A stretch of 64,000 bases of DNA from an uncultured Gemmatimonadales bacterium (GCA_963730185.1 CAVSQW010000013.1:151245-215244); one strand, 5' to 3'; counted from the first letter of the stretch, positions 52,834 through 63,297 are shown. Translations and numbers: made by a program. Notes: generated by a model from the letters alone, not told the origin.

Positions 52834-53958
52834 GTGAGTACCCGCCGAACGTTCGTAGCGCAGGCCCCTCTCGGTCTCCTCGGTGCGCTCGCGGTGTCCC
52901 GCGACCGGTCTCGGGGCGCGGCGGCGATGGCTGCCGTCCTGGGCGGGTCCGCGGCACCGAGCGGGCCCGGGGCCCGTCCCGCCGCCCTGGCGGGCGCCGC
53001 CGGCGGGGGCCCGGTGCTCCGCTGGGTGCCCAAGCACGACGAGCTGGTGTACACCTTCGGCGGGGCGGCCCCGAAGCAGCGGATCACTTCCGGGACCCGG
53101 ATCATCACCTGGACGGAAGACTGCTTCGACGGCGTGATCAAGACTCCTGCCGATCTGCCCTCGCAGCGATTGCCCCCAGGCCACGACAACCCGCAGACGG
53201 GACCGTTCTTCGTGGAAGGCGCCGAGCCCGGCGACACGATCGCGGTGCACGTCGTGAAGCTGGAGCCGGCGCGCGCCTACGCGGTCTCGGGCTATGGGCC
53301 TGGGTTCGGGGCGCTGGTGGGCACCGATCGGACGGCGATGCTCGGCGGCGGTCTCCCCGAGACGACCTGGCGATACTCGGTGGACACCGCCCGGAACGTC
53401 GCCCGCACCACCTCCGCTGACGGCAAGTACTCCTGGGAGGTACCCCTCGCGCCCTTCCTCGGCTGCCTCGGTGTGGCGCCGGCCAACGGCGAGGTCCGCT
53501 CGACGATCGTCCCCGACGTATTCGGGGGCAACATGGACTGCCCCGAGGTGCGGGCCGGGAACACCGTGTTCCTCGGCGTGAACGTGCCGGGCGGGCTTCT
53601 GTCGTTCGGCGACGGCCACTACGCGATGGGCGATGGCGAGATCATGGGCGCCGCCATCGAGGGTGCGATGAACGTCGAGGTGGTGGTGGAGCTGATCAAG
53701 GGTCGGGCGACCCCGGTTCCCCGGATCGAGAACGCGGACGAGGTGATGTTCGTCGGCGCGGGCCGGCCGCTGGAGGATGCGGCGCGGATGGCGTTCAAGG
53801 CGATGGTCGGGTGGGTGCGCGAGACCTCGGGCATGGGCGAAATGGACGCCTACCAGCTCGTGGCCCAGCTCGCCCGGGCGCCCATCATCCAGCTGGTCGA
53901 CCCCGAATACACCGTGATGGTGAAGCTCGACAAGCGTCGGGTGCCGGCGCGGGCCTGA
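52834..53958 (+). CDS. Acetamidase/formamidase family protein with Tat-like leader
   Basis: TRRTFV twin-Arg, NPQTGPFFVEGAEPGD, GGNMD, GDGHYAMGDGE. Confidence 0.9.
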   Translation: MSTRRTFVAQAPLGLLGALAVSRDRSRGAAAMAAVLGGSAAPSGPGARPAALAGAAGGGPVLRWVPKHDELVYTFGGAAPKQRITSGTRIITWTEDCFDGVIKTPADLPSQRLPPGHDNPQTGPFFVEGAEPGDTIAVHVVKLEPARAYAVSGYGPGFGALVGTDRTAMLGGGLPETTWRYSVDTARNVARTTSADGKYSWEVPLAPFLGCLGVAPANGEVRSTIVPDVFGGNMDCPEVRAGNTVFLGVNVPGGLLSFGDGHYAMGDGEIMGAAIEGAMNVEVVVELIKGRATPVPRIENADEVMFVGAGRPLEDAARMAFKAMVGWVRETSGMGEMDAYQLVAQLARAPIIQLVDPEYTVMVKLDKRRVPARA

Positions 53959-53988
53959 GCGGGCACGAAACCTTTGGAGGGTACGAGG

Positions 53989-54654
53989 ATGACGGATTCA
54001 CGGACCCTCCGCATTGGCGGACTCGGCCTTTGGGTCGGCGCCCTGACGTTCAGCGTCCACATCGTGCTCCGATCGGTGATCACCGCCGGTCCGGACCCCA
54101 ACGCCGCCGCGTCGGGCGCTTTCTGGGTGCCGGTCAACGCGCTTGGCGTGGTCGGCGGCTTGCTGGTGCTGCTCGGCTTGCCCGCGATGTACGCCCGGCT
54201 CGCCGGACCGGGCGGCCTCCAGGGCCTGGTCGGGATGGCGCTCATCGCGCTGGCGTGGGTTTTCTTCGGCGTATTCCTCAGCCTCTACGGCCTGTTGGTG
54301 ATGCCGTGGCTCGCGGACCGGGCGCCCGCGCTGCTGGCCGAGTCGTCGGTGCTTCCCGTCGGGTTCGTCGTCGCGTTCGTCGCCGGATTGGTCGCCTGGT
54401 TGATCGGATCCGTGCTCTGCGCCCTCCCGTTCCTTCGGGGACGGGTGCGACCGCGCTGGGTCGGGTTCGTGCTCCCGGGCTCGGCGATCTGGGCCGTCGT
54501 GGGGACCCTCGTCATCGCGCCCAGCGGCCCGGCCGAGAGCTTTGCCGTCAACCTGCTGTCGAACCTGGGCCCGGTGCTGCTGATGGTCGCGGCCGGTTAC
54601 CTGGGTTTCTCGACTTGGCGGGAGCACCGACGAGGCGACCGGGCCGCGCCCTGA
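53989..54654 (+). CDS. Hypothetical multi-pass membrane protein
   Basis: About six hydrophobic segments. Confidence 0.75.
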   Translation: MTDSRTLRIGGLGLWVGALTFSVHIVLRSVITAGPDPNAAASGAFWVPVNALGVVGGLLVLLGLPAMYARLAGPGGLQGLVGMALIALAWVFFGVFLSLYGLLVMPWLADRAPALLAESSVLPVGFVVAFVAGLVAWLIGSVLCALPFLRGRVRPRWVGFVLPGSAIWAVVGTLVIAPSGPAESFAVNLLSNLGPVLLMVAAGYLGFSTWREHRRGDRAAP

Positions 54655-54772
54655 AGCCGTCGGCGTGACCGCCCCGGCGTGACTGGGCGAAACAGCGTCA
54701 CGGCCGTCATCGTCAGGTCGGGAGCGCTCACTTCCGACGGTGGCTCGACCCCGAAGGTACGACGGAGGCACG

Positions 54773-55291
54773 ATGGAGATTCGGGCGATGGCACCGACCG
54801 ACTGGCCCGCGGTGCGGCGGATCTACGAAGAGGGCATCGCCACCGGCGAGGCGACGTTCGAGACGGCGGCGCCGAGCCGGGAGAGGTGGAACGAGGGACA
54901 CCTGGACCGGGGCCGTCTGGTCGCGATCGGTGACGGGGAGGTCCTCGGCTGGGCGGCGCTTTCGGGCGTGTCCGACCGATGCGTGTATGCCGGGGTCGCC
55001 GAGGTGAGCGTCTACGTGGCGGAGGCGGCTCGGGGGCAGGGGGTGGGCCGCGCCTTGCTCTCGGCCCTGATCGAGGCCTCGGAGCGGGCCGGGATCTGGA
55101 CCCTCCAGGCCGGCATCTTCCCCGAGAACGCGGCCAGCGTCTGGCTTCACATCCAGGCCGGGTTTCGGGAGGTCGGCCGGCAGGAGCGCTTGGGACGCCT
55201 CGGTGGGCGGTGGCACGACGTGCTGCTGTTCGAGCGGCGGAGCGCCGCGGTGGGGACTGACGCCGACTCGCCCGAAGGCGCCGGGCCCTAG
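54773..55291 (+). CDS. GNAT N-acetyltransferase (phosphinothricin-acetyltransferase-like)
   Basis: IYEEGIATGEATFET, ARGQGVG, IFPENAAS, WHDV. Confidence 0.9.
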   Translation: MEIRAMAPTDWPAVRRIYEEGIATGEATFETAAPSRERWNEGHLDRGRLVAIGDGEVLGWAALSGVSDRCVYAGVAEVSVYVAEAARGQGVGRALLSALIEASERAGIWTLQAGIFPENAASVWLHIQAGFREVGRQERLGRLGGRWHDVLLFERRSAAVGTDADSPEGAGP

Positions 55292-56115
55292 CCCTGCTCC
55301 AGCGCCAGCGCGGCCCGGAGGCGTTCCCAACGGCCGCGGGACACCCGGAGCCGCACGCCGCTTCGGAGGACGATCGCGCCGCCCCCGTCGGCTTCCCGAT
55401 GGAGCTCCCGGATCCGCGTCAGCTGGACGATCGTGCTTCGGTGAATCCGGAGAAACGCCTCGGCGTCCAGCGCCGCGTCGAGGGTGTGCAACGACTGGCT
55501 CAGCAGGTGGCGCTCCGTCCCCACGTGAATCCGCACGTAATCTCCCAATGCTTCGATCCAGTCGATGGCGTTGACGTCGATCAGCACGAGCTTGGCGCCG
55601 GTGCGGACGCCGAGGCGGCGGAGCGGCCGGCCGACGCCGGAGCTGCCGGGCTCGAACGTCGCGGGTGCCGCGGTTGCGCCTGACGTTCGGTCGGCCAGCA
55701 GACTCGCCACGGTGTTCCGGACGGTCAGGGCGTCGAGCGCGTCGAGGCGCTCGATCGCCCTGGCCACGGCGGCATCGAACCGGGGCCGGCCGAACGGCTT
55801 GAGCAGATAGTCGAGGGCGTGGACCTCGAACGCTCGGAGGGCGTGCTCGTCGTGGGCGGTGACGAACACCACGCCTCGGGGGACGGCGTCGCCGAGCGCC
55901 GCCAGCACGCCGAATCCGTCGCCGCCCGGCATCTGGATGTCGAGGAAGAGGAGATCGGGGCGGATCGCCCGGACGGTCTCCACCGCGTCCTCGCCGTTGG
56001 CCGCCTCGGCCACGACCTCGACCCGGGGATGGTGGTCGAGGAGGGTGCGGACCACCTCGCGAGCGGCGGGCTCGTCGTCGACGATGACGGCACGGATGGA
56101 ATCGAGCTCGTTCAC
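55288..56115 (-). CDS. LytTR family response regulator
   Basis: DDEPAAR, LDIQMP, ALDYLLKP, FLRIHRSTIV. Confidence 0.93.
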   Translation of the reverse strand: MNELDSIRAVIVDDEPAAREVVRTLLDHHPRVEVVAEAANGEDAVETVRAIRPDLLFLDIQMPGGDGFGVLAALGDAVPRGVVFVTAHDEHALRAFEVHALDYLLKPFGRPRFDAAVARAIERLDALDALTVRNTVASLLADRTSGATAAPATFEPGSSGVGRPLRRLGVRTGAKLVLIDVNAIDWIEALGDYVRIHVGTERHLLSQSLHTLDAALDAEAFLRIHRSTIVQLTRIRELHREADGGGAIVLRSGVRLRVSRGRWERLRAALALEQG

Positions 56116-56116
56116 G

Positions 56117-57241
56117 TCACCGGGCCGGTCCGGGAAGCCACACCGTGACCAGGGTGCCACGATCGGGCGTGCTCTCGAGGTCGAGACGGGCTCGGCCGCC
56201 GTGCAGCTGCTCGAGGCGCTCCCGGGTGTTGGCCAGCCCCGTTCCCGATCCGGGCTGTGGGGTCGGCGCGTCCAGCCCGGGACCGTCGTCGCGGACCAGG
56301 AGCCGTAACCCGCCGTTCGCGAGCTCGCCCGTGACCTCGACCCGGCCGCCCGCCGCTCGGGCCGAGATGCCGTGCCGGACCGCGTTCTCGACCAGCGGCT
56401 GGAGGATCAGGGGAGGGACCTGCCAGCTCAGCGCCTCATCCGGCGCGCGTACCAGGACCGACAGCCGGTCGGGAAAGCGGGCCTGTTCGATGGCGAGATA
56501 CTCCTCGACCATCGCGAGCTCGTCGCCGAGCGGGATCTGGAGGGTCTGGGTGGAGCGCTGCACCCGATGGAAGAGACTGCCGAGGTGGTCGAGGGCGGCC
56601 TCGGCCTCGTCGTCGGCGCCCCGCCGCCAGAGCTGGCCGATGGTGTGCAGCGTGTTGAACAGGAAATGGGGTCGCATCTGCGCGGTCAGGGCCTGAAGCC
56701 GGGCCCGGGCCAGCTGGCCCTCCAACCGGGCCAACCGGAGCTCGCGATCCCGGCTGTCGCGGTAGTACCGGGCGGCCAGCGTGATGGCCAGGACCGCGAG
56801 GTACACGGTGAGGCCGAGATGGAGACGCATCACCGTCCAGCGGGCGCCCTGCTCGAGGAGCGGGCCGAGGCCCTTGAAGGCGCCCGCCAGGGCCCAGTAG
56901 AGGAGAACGACGAGCAGGTTGACGACGAAGGTGAGGGCCACCGCCGCGCCGAGGTGGATCAGGGCATGCGCCAGGCGGCGGCCCGGGGGCAACGGGAAGC
57001 GGAGGGCGAGCGCCACGATGGCGAGCGACACCGGAATCCAGGGAACGGTCTGGATCAGGGCCGATCCGACGGCCGGGCCGAGCGGTGCGGCCGGCCCCCC
57101 GGCCAGGGTCGCCGCGAACGAGGCCTGGGCGCCGATCACGACCGCGATCACGACCCAAGCCGCGGTCACGGCCAGTACCAGCTGCCCGAGGCCCCGGCGG
57201 GGGCCGGGGAGGTCGGAGGAATCGCCGGGTCCGGCTATCAC
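56117..57241 (-). CDS. LytS/YehU-type sensor histidine kinase
   Basis: AQMRPHFLFNTLH, QPLVENAVRHG, GTGLAN. Confidence 0.93.
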   Translation of the reverse strand: MIAGPGDSSDLPGPRRGLGQLVLAVTAAWVVIAVVIGAQASFAATLAGGPAAPLGPAVGSALIQTVPWIPVSLAIVALALRFPLPPGRRLAHALIHLGAAVALTFVVNLLVVLLYWALAGAFKGLGPLLEQGARWTVMRLHLGLTVYLAVLAITLAARYYRDSRDRELRLARLEGQLARARLQALTAQMRPHFLFNTLHTIGQLWRRGADDEAEAALDHLGSLFHRVQRSTQTLQIPLGDELAMVEEYLAIEQARFPDRLSVLVRAPDEALSWQVPPLILQPLVENAVRHGISARAAGGRVEVTGELANGGLRLLVRDDGPGLDAPTPQPGSGTGLANTRERLEQLHGGRARLDLESTPDRGTLVTVWLPGPAR

Positions 57242-57258
57242 TCGAGACGTCGCCTGGG

Positions 57259-59471
57259 TCAGTGAGAGCCCAAAGTATAGGTGAGCTTCGCGATCAGCGC
57301 CCGTTGGAGCGAGAGGGGAGGTGCGATGCCGTCCGGGGTCGTGGCCCGGTCGGTATCCAACCCCTCGTTGTAGACCAGCCAGAAGTCGGTTCCCTCCCGG
57401 AAGGCGTAGCGGAGCCTGACGTTGAGGTCGAGCCGGTTGGTGGTGGAGTTGTACTGGACGAACGCGTTGCCTGACGCGCGGGCGTCGGCCGCGACCCTGA
57501 CCCGGAGCCGGGCGAGATGGATGTCGGTGCGCTGGTGCCGGTCGTTGAACCGCAGGAAGGTGGCCTGATAGGCGGCCGCCCAGCTCGAGGTGCGGGCGAC
57601 ACGTTCCAGGTCGGGCTCAGGATCACCTGGGCCCGGGTGCCGTCGAAGTAGCTGCCGGCCCGGGCATCGACGCTGGTGCGGATCCGGCTGCCGGTCGGCA
57701 TGAAGAACACCATCTGCAAGTCGGCGAACGTGTACGACCCGGCGGGGATCTGCGCGGTCCCGACCGGAAAGGCGGCGAGGACGTTCTCGTGGAACACCTT
57801 GGGCTCGATCCAGCCGCCGCCACCGGCTTTCGTGTCCCACTGGACCCAGACGGCGTACTGGGCCGACTCGAGGGCACCGTCGCCGTTCCGCCAGGTCTGG
57901 AACGCGAGCGCCCCGGGGTAGACCCGGCGGAGCCAGGAGCTGCCGTTGGTGAAGAAGAAGTAGTTGCCCACGATGTTGGCGGTCGTGAAGTCCTGGCGGG
58001 GCTCGAACCCGAGCTCGGGGCGGAAGGTCGAGCCGGAGCGGGCCAGGTTGGCGACGTACTGGAGTCCCCGGCCGGTCCGGCGCTCCCACTTGAGATCGAA
58101 CTGGCTCCGGTCGAGGAGCGAGCCCCCCGCCGATGGACTCCCGTTGTCGTCGGTCGCCGCCCACTTGAGGGTCAGGTAGTGGTCGCCGACCACCCGGAAG
58201 GCGCCGTCGAGGCCGAGCGCGAGGTTCCGCCGGCCGCCGCCGAAGTACGACGTGAAGAGGAATCCGGCGGTCGAGTACGGATTCAAGACCTGGCGCCGCA
58301 GTCGGAGCACGTCGAAATGCTCGGCCGGTGAGGTACCCTGGCGGTCGGTCTGCATGGCCAGGAGCCCCACGTCCCAGGGGCCGGCCCGGCCCACCAGGCG
58401 GCCACCGCCCAGGATCCGGACCGGGGCCAGGTCGGCGGTGAGCCCAATCCGGCGGGAGTTGAAGAGCCGCGAGCCGCCCACGCCCGTGTAGTCGAAGATC
58501 CCGCTCCCCTCCTGGAAGAAGCGCCGCCGTTCGGGGTAGTAGAGCGGGAACCGATCCAGGTTCACCTGCTGGTCGTCGGCCTCGACCTGGGCGAAGTCGG
58601 TGTTGGCCGTCAGATCGAGGGTGAGCTGGCTGGACACCGGGTAGCGGACGTCGAGTCCGGCTTCCCGGGATGTGGCGGTGGTGACCACGGAGCCGGGGGC
58701 GACGGCCTCGGCGTTCCGGGTCGTTCCCCCGAGCAGGTACGGCGTCACGTACACCGGGGTCCGGGGCTTGAGCCCGGTGAGGATGACGTCGCGGGCCACC
58801 GACGGTCGCCGGAACTCGAACTTGGGGTCGATCTCCGGGAAGGTGACCCGCTCGCCCGAGCGAGAGATCAGCCGGGTCACGGTCAGGCCCATCACGACGG
58901 TGCCGTCGGGGCCCGGCTTGAAGCCGATGCTCGACAGCGGGATCCGGATCTCGGCGAACCATCCCTCGGCGGTGACGGTGGTCCGGGCGGTCCAGAAGGT
59001 GTCCCAGCTGTCGTTCAAGGTGGCTCCGTCGTCGGACACCAGCTCGTCGAAGCGGATCCCGCCGGGTGTGGTGCCGAACCACTTGCTGTTCTGATTGTCG
59101 TTGAAGGCGTCGATGTAGATGGCGAACGCGTCGTCGCCGTTCCACCGGTCTCGATAGAGCGAGTTGATCCGGATCCCCGACGGATCGGTGTCGTAGAACC
59201 AGCCGGCGGCGTAGAAGTAGTCGTCGTCGTAGGCCACCCTGATCTCGGTCCGCTGGGTGGGTGGCGCCCGGAACACCGGGGCGTAGGTGGTGAGCGGGAG
59301 GGTCGGAATGGCCTGCCAGGCCGGCTCGTCGGGCACGCCGTCGATGGTGACGGGGCCGGGGAGCCGGGGCAGGGGCAGCGGCGCGATCTGGGCGGACAGG
59401 CGGACCGGAATCGTGGCCAGCGTGACAACGAGGCATCCGGCGACGAGCGAGGCTCTCCAACTCACTTCCAT
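57259..59471 (-). CDS. CBM9-like / DUF5916 outer-membrane-associated protein, frameshifted near 57570-57600
   Basis: [25 protein letters not shown]...[15 protein letters not shown]; two +1 insertions separate the C-terminus (AYQATF...AKLTYT). Confidence 0.8.
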
Positions 59472-59499
59472 GCGGGCGCTCCCGGGGTGGCACGAACCT

Positions 59500-59583
59500 G
59501 AACGAGTTTCAGGACCGTACGAGCGAGGGGTGCGTTCCGGGGACGAGTGGTCGCCCAGTGGTGGAACGAGGTGGCCGAACGGT
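59500..59583. promoter_or_regulatory. Periodic GAACGAG-like direct repeats, candidate LytTR binding array
   Basis: GAACGAG 59500, GAGCGAG 59521, GGACGAG 59541, GAACGAG 59564, GAACGGT 59577, upstream of the DUF5916-lytS-lytTR operon. Confidence 0.45.
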
Positions 59584-59716
59584 GGTCTGGCGATGGGGGC
59601 CGGCGTCGCCGCGGCGGGCGGGTGGTCAGGACTCGCGCGAATCCGGTCCGTGCCGCAGCGCAATGGTACCGGTCCGATGGTTGCCTGGTAGGATCTTATC
59701 CGGCCGGAGCCATGCT

Positions 59717-60694
59717 GTGCCACATAATTCCTTACTGCTGCGAGCAGTGCACGATAAGGCCAGGATCCGGCGACTTAGCCTGCGAACGGAGCAGGCATAT
59801 CGACGCTGGATCGTCCGGTTCATCCGGCACGCCGGCCTCCGTCACCCCCGCGAGCTGGGCGAGTCTGACGTCGCTCGGTTCCTGACCTGGCTCGCCGTCG
59901 AGCGCGGCGTCTCGGCGTCGACCCAGACCCAGGCTCTCTCCGCGCTGCTGTTCTTGTTTCGGACAGTGCTGGGTCGACCGCTGGGGCGGCTTCCCGAGCT
60001 CCGGTGGGCCTCGCCTCGAGCCAGGCTTCCGGTCGTCCTGACCCCGGACGAGGTGCGAGCCGTGCTGGGCCGGCTCCGGGGCACCTACCGGCTGGTGGGA
60101 CTCCTGCTCTATGGGAGCGGCCTCCGGCTGTTGGAGTGCCTGACCCTCCGGGTCAAGGACCTCGATCTCGCCCGGTTGGAGATCCGGGTCCGGCAGACCA
60201 AGGGGGGTACGCCGAGGGTGACGGTGATCCCGAAGTCGTTGCGGGAAGGGATGCTAGGCCAGCTGGCCAGGGTTCGCCGGATCCATCGGCGCGACCTGAT
60301 GCGCGGCGCCGGAGAGGTCGCCTTGCCGGACGCGCTCGACCGGAAGTACCCGAGTGCGGGCCGCGAGTGGGCCTGGCAATGGGTGTTCCCGGCGACCCGG
60401 ACCCATCGGGAGTCCGATACCGGCGTCATCCGCCGCCACCACCTGCACGCCAGTGGCGTCCAGCGAGCCATGCGCGCCGCTGTCCGGGCATCCGGCATCT
60501 CCAAGCGGGCCAGCTGTCATACCTTGCGACACTCCTTCGCGACGCAACTGCTCGAGTCCGGGCAGGACATCCGGACGATCCAGCAGTTGTTGGGGCATCG
60601 GAGCGTCACGACGACCATGGTCTACACCCATGTCCTGAACCGGGGCGGGTTGGGGGTTCGGAGCCCGGCCGACGGGTTGGGGCTGGAGCCGTGA
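59717..60694 (+). CDS. intI: Integron integrase
   Basis: [39 protein letters not shown], plus the IntI-specific insert [25 protein letters not shown]; start uncertain. Confidence 0.95.
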   Translation: MPHNSLLLRAVHDKARIRRLSLRTEQAYRRWIVRFIRHAGLRHPRELGESDVARFLTWLAVERGVSASTQTQALSALLFLFRTVLGRPLGRLPELRWASPRARLPVVLTPDEVRAVLGRLRGTYRLVGLLLYGSGLRLLECLTLRVKDLDLARLEIRVRQTKGGTPRVTVIPKSLREGMLGQLARVRRIHRRDLMRGAGEVALPDALDRKYPSAGREWAWQWVFPATRTHRESDTGVIRRHHLHASGVQRAMRAAVRASGISKRASCHTLRHSFATQLLESGQDIRTIQQLLGHRSVTTTMVYTHVLNRGGLGVRSPADGLGLEP

Positions 60695-60746
60695 TAATTG
60701 CTTATCTTGCAGACGTGGGTTCACGCAGGTCAAGTAATAGTTAGAC
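60695..60746 (+). other. Putative attI site (R box G/TTAGAC at 60740-60746)
   Basis: GTTAGAC is the exact reverse complement of GTCTAAC, the R'' box of cassette 1's attC; AT-richer spacer right after the intI stop. Confidence 0.7.
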
Positions 60747-60764
60747 CGCTCCAGCTGAGATCCT

Positions 60765-61724
60765 GTGACGCAACGACCTTACCATTGGGACGGCCGCGAG
60801 ATCTGCGACGTCGTCTTGGTCCGAACGCCTTATCCGGATGCGAACGCAGCCGAATCGCGGCCACTTATCTACTTCGATGAGTGCCTCGCACTTACGGACG
60901 ACATCCTACTCGGACCGGTCGACGGCGACTTGGCAGGCCGGATCGCGGACGCATGCTACCCTCGAGGCGAGAATTTCGAACCGACTCGTGTCTACGGCTT
61001 TCCCTACGCTTTCATTCACGATCCGGCCGCCGTCTCCGACAACGAGCTCGCCTTCGATCCTAAGAATCGGCTATTTGCTGCCGTCGCCCTGTCGCGTCTT
61101 GTCCACCCCACTTCGGTCGGCTTCGAGCAATCGGCCCGCCTTCGGCCGCTTCCAGACGGCACCCAGCAGATAATCGCAACTAGGCAGCACCACTTGAATC
61201 CCGCGGCCTTTGTCATTGACCCCGGGAACAACTGACTTATTCCGGACGACGTCAGTCCTCTTCGCGATCTTCTGAGTGCATACCATAATCCCAGTGTGAA
61301 GAAGCCAAACCGGCTTCGCGCCGCGATGTGGTACCATGAAGCTGGCAGCCGGTCGTACTACCTCGACGTCACCTGGGCACTCCTAACGACAGGGCTTGAG
61401 GCTCTGATCCGGATCCGCGACGAAAAGACTCCCGCTGGGAAATGGGTAGGGTCAACCAGGGCGTTTGTCGAGCGCTTGCTAGCTATCGGGACTCTTGTGC
61501 CAGCACTCGCGGTACCCGAGGCGGACCTCAGGGAGATGTACGAGTTACGCTCCCTCATCGTCCACGGGCTTGTGCCGGCCGGCAGCGATCCTCGCGCCTT
61601 CGGCCTACTCCAGAGAAAACAAGCGTTGCTGGCAGGGATCATTCGTCACGCGCTTCTTGACCCAGCGTTCGCCGCGATCTTCGATTCCGACGTAAGCCTG
61701 GCTACGCACATGCCGCTGACCTGA
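60765..61724 (+). pseudogene. Cassette 1: HEPN-motif (Apea-like) protein with in-frame TGA at 61233-61235
   Basis: ORFs 60765-61235 and 61296-61724 are in the same frame with no other stop; GLEAL...MYELRSLIVHG Rx4H motif. Confidence 0.7.
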
Positions 61725-61737
61725 TCCCTTTGGAGCG

Positions 61738-61874
61738 GTCTAACCAATTCTTGAACTGGACGGGCGCCGGCGCTCCGCTTGCGAAGTCGCGGCCGCGCCC
61801 CAATGTTGGTGGGAGGATGGCGGGGCCGCTCAGTTCCGATGCGGCGCCCGCCAGTTAAGAATAGGACGTTAGGC
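61738..61874 (+). other. attC site 1 (137 bp)
   Basis: GTCTAAC...TCTT(G)AACTGG(A)CGGGCGCC / GGCGCCCGCCAGTTAAGA...GTTAGGC. Confidence 0.93.
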
Positions 61875-61990
61875 ATCAAGCCCCGACATCAGAGTACCAG
61901 CTGGCCTGGCAGCGACCTACCGTATCGGGCTCTCAACCCATGGCCCCGAGCCCTCTTGCGCTCGGGAGCCCGGAACGGAACCTTTCTCGT

Positions 61991-62218
61991 ATGGCAAACC
62001 CTGCCTTTGACTTCCGACATCTGTCGATTGCCGAGCGACTCGAGCTCGTTGGCGACATCTGGGATAGCATTGCCGAGGACGCGGATGCGGCCAGTTTCCC
62101 TGTCTCGGACGAGGATAAGGCATTGCTGGATCAGCGATTAGCAGACCTCGAGGCCCATCCAGAGGCCACGATCCCCTGGGAGGAGGTCCGCCGGCGCCTG
62201 ATTGACCGACTCCGCTAG
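61991..62218 (+). CDS. Cassette 2 antitoxin, putative addiction module component
   Basis: LSIAERLELVGDIWDSI...LLDQRL...IPWEEV motif, coupled to the toxin. Confidence 0.9.
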   Translation: MANPAFDFRHLSIAERLELVGDIWDSIAEDADAASFPVSDEDKALLDQRLADLEAHPEATIPWEEVRRRLIDRLR

Positions 62219-62514
62219 TGGCCGCAGCCTTTCGACTTCAGAGCGGGGCCGAAGGGGACCTGGCGGACGCCCTGCTGTGGTACGAGGATCAGGCTGCTGG
62301 CCTCGGCGTCGAGTTCTTCCGGGCCGTGGAAGCGAGGTTCGCGGCAATCCAGCGCAACCCGGAGCTCTACCCGGTTGTGTATCGGGGCGTTCGTCGGGCG
62401 CTGGTGCGCCGTTTTCCCTACAGCATCTACTACCGAGTGGAATCAGGCTCAATCACCGTGCTGGCCTGTCTCCATTCGCGGAGTCATCCACGGCATTGGG
62501 AATCGCGCGCCTGA
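62218..62514 (+). CDS. Cassette 2 RelE/ParE family toxin
   Basis: AEGDLADALLWYE..GLG.EF..RRFPYSIYY..VLACLH..HP..W. Confidence 0.92.
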   Translation: MAAAFRLQSGAEGDLADALLWYEDQAAGLGVEFFRAVEARFAAIQRNPELYPVVYRGVRRALVRRFPYSIYYRVESGSITVLACLHSRSHPRHWESRA

Positions 62515-62515
62515 T

Positions 62516-62652
62516 GCCTAACCAAATCTTGAACTGGACGGGCGCGCGGGGCGCGAATTCCGGAGTCGCGGCCGCGCCCCAATGTTGGGTGGAGGATGGC
62601 GCGGCCGCTCAGCTCCGAGCGGCGCCCGCCAGTTAAGATTCGGACGTTAGGC
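62516..62652 (+). other. attC site 2 (137 bp)
   Basis: GCCTAAC...GTTAGGC with the same L-box arms as attC1. Confidence 0.93.
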
Positions 62653-62769
62653 ATCAAGCCCCGGAGCATCAGGGTATGGCATGCCCGGAGCGTTTTCCGT
62701 ATCGGACTCCGCAACCCACGGCCCCGGGCCCTCTTGCGCTCGGAAGCCCGGCAACGGAACCTTTCTCGT

Positions 62770-63000
62770 ATGGCAAACCCTGCCTTTGACTTCCGCATCT
62801 GTCGATCGCCGAGCGACTCGAGCGTCGTCGGGCGACATCTGGGATAGCATCGCCGAGGACGCGGATGCGGCCAGCTTCCCCGTCTCGGACGAGGATAAGG
62901 CCTTGCTGGATCGGCGCTTAGCCGACGCTCGAGGCTCATCCAGAAGCGACGATCCCCTGGGAGGAGGTTCGCCGGCGTGCTGATTGATCGACTCCGCTAG
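62770..63000 (+). pseudogene. Cassette 3 antitoxin copy, frameshifted
   Basis: Aligns to 61991-62218 with about five single-base indels; premature TAG at 62845-62847. Confidence 0.75.
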
Positions 63001-63296
63001 TGGCCGCAGACCTTCGACTTCAGAGCGGCGCCGAAGGGGATCTGGCTGAGGCCCTGCTGTGGTACGAGGATCAGGCGGCTGGCCTCGGCGTCGAGTTCTT
63101 CCGGGCCGTGGAAGCGAGGTTCGCGGCAATTCGGCGCAACCCGGAACTCTACCCAGTTGTGTATCGCGGCGTCCGTCGGGCGCTCGTCCGCCGATTTCCC
63201 TACAGCATCTACTACCGGGTCGAATCAGGCTCAATCACCGTGCTTGCCTGTGTTCATTCGCGAAGTCATCCACGGCGCTGGCAATCGCGCGCTTGA
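63000..63296 (+). CDS. Cassette 3 RelE/ParE family toxin (paralog)
   Basis: Differs from the cassette 2 toxin at 7 of 98 residues by manual comparison. Confidence 0.92.
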   Translation: MAADLRLQSGAEGDLAEALLWYEDQAAGLGVEFFRAVEARFAAIRRNPELYPVVYRGVRRALVRRFPYSIYYRVESGSITVLACVHSRSHPRRWQSRA

Positions 63297-63297
63297 T

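Noticed and set aside
59558..59716. N-terminal extension of IntI in the ORF track
   Set aside because: No integrase similarity, and it overlaps the divergent promoter region; GTG 59717 gives a typical IntI length
61233..61235. Selenocysteine or genome-wide TGA recoding
   Set aside because: No evident SECIS hairpin or redox context; TGA terminates many genes in this window
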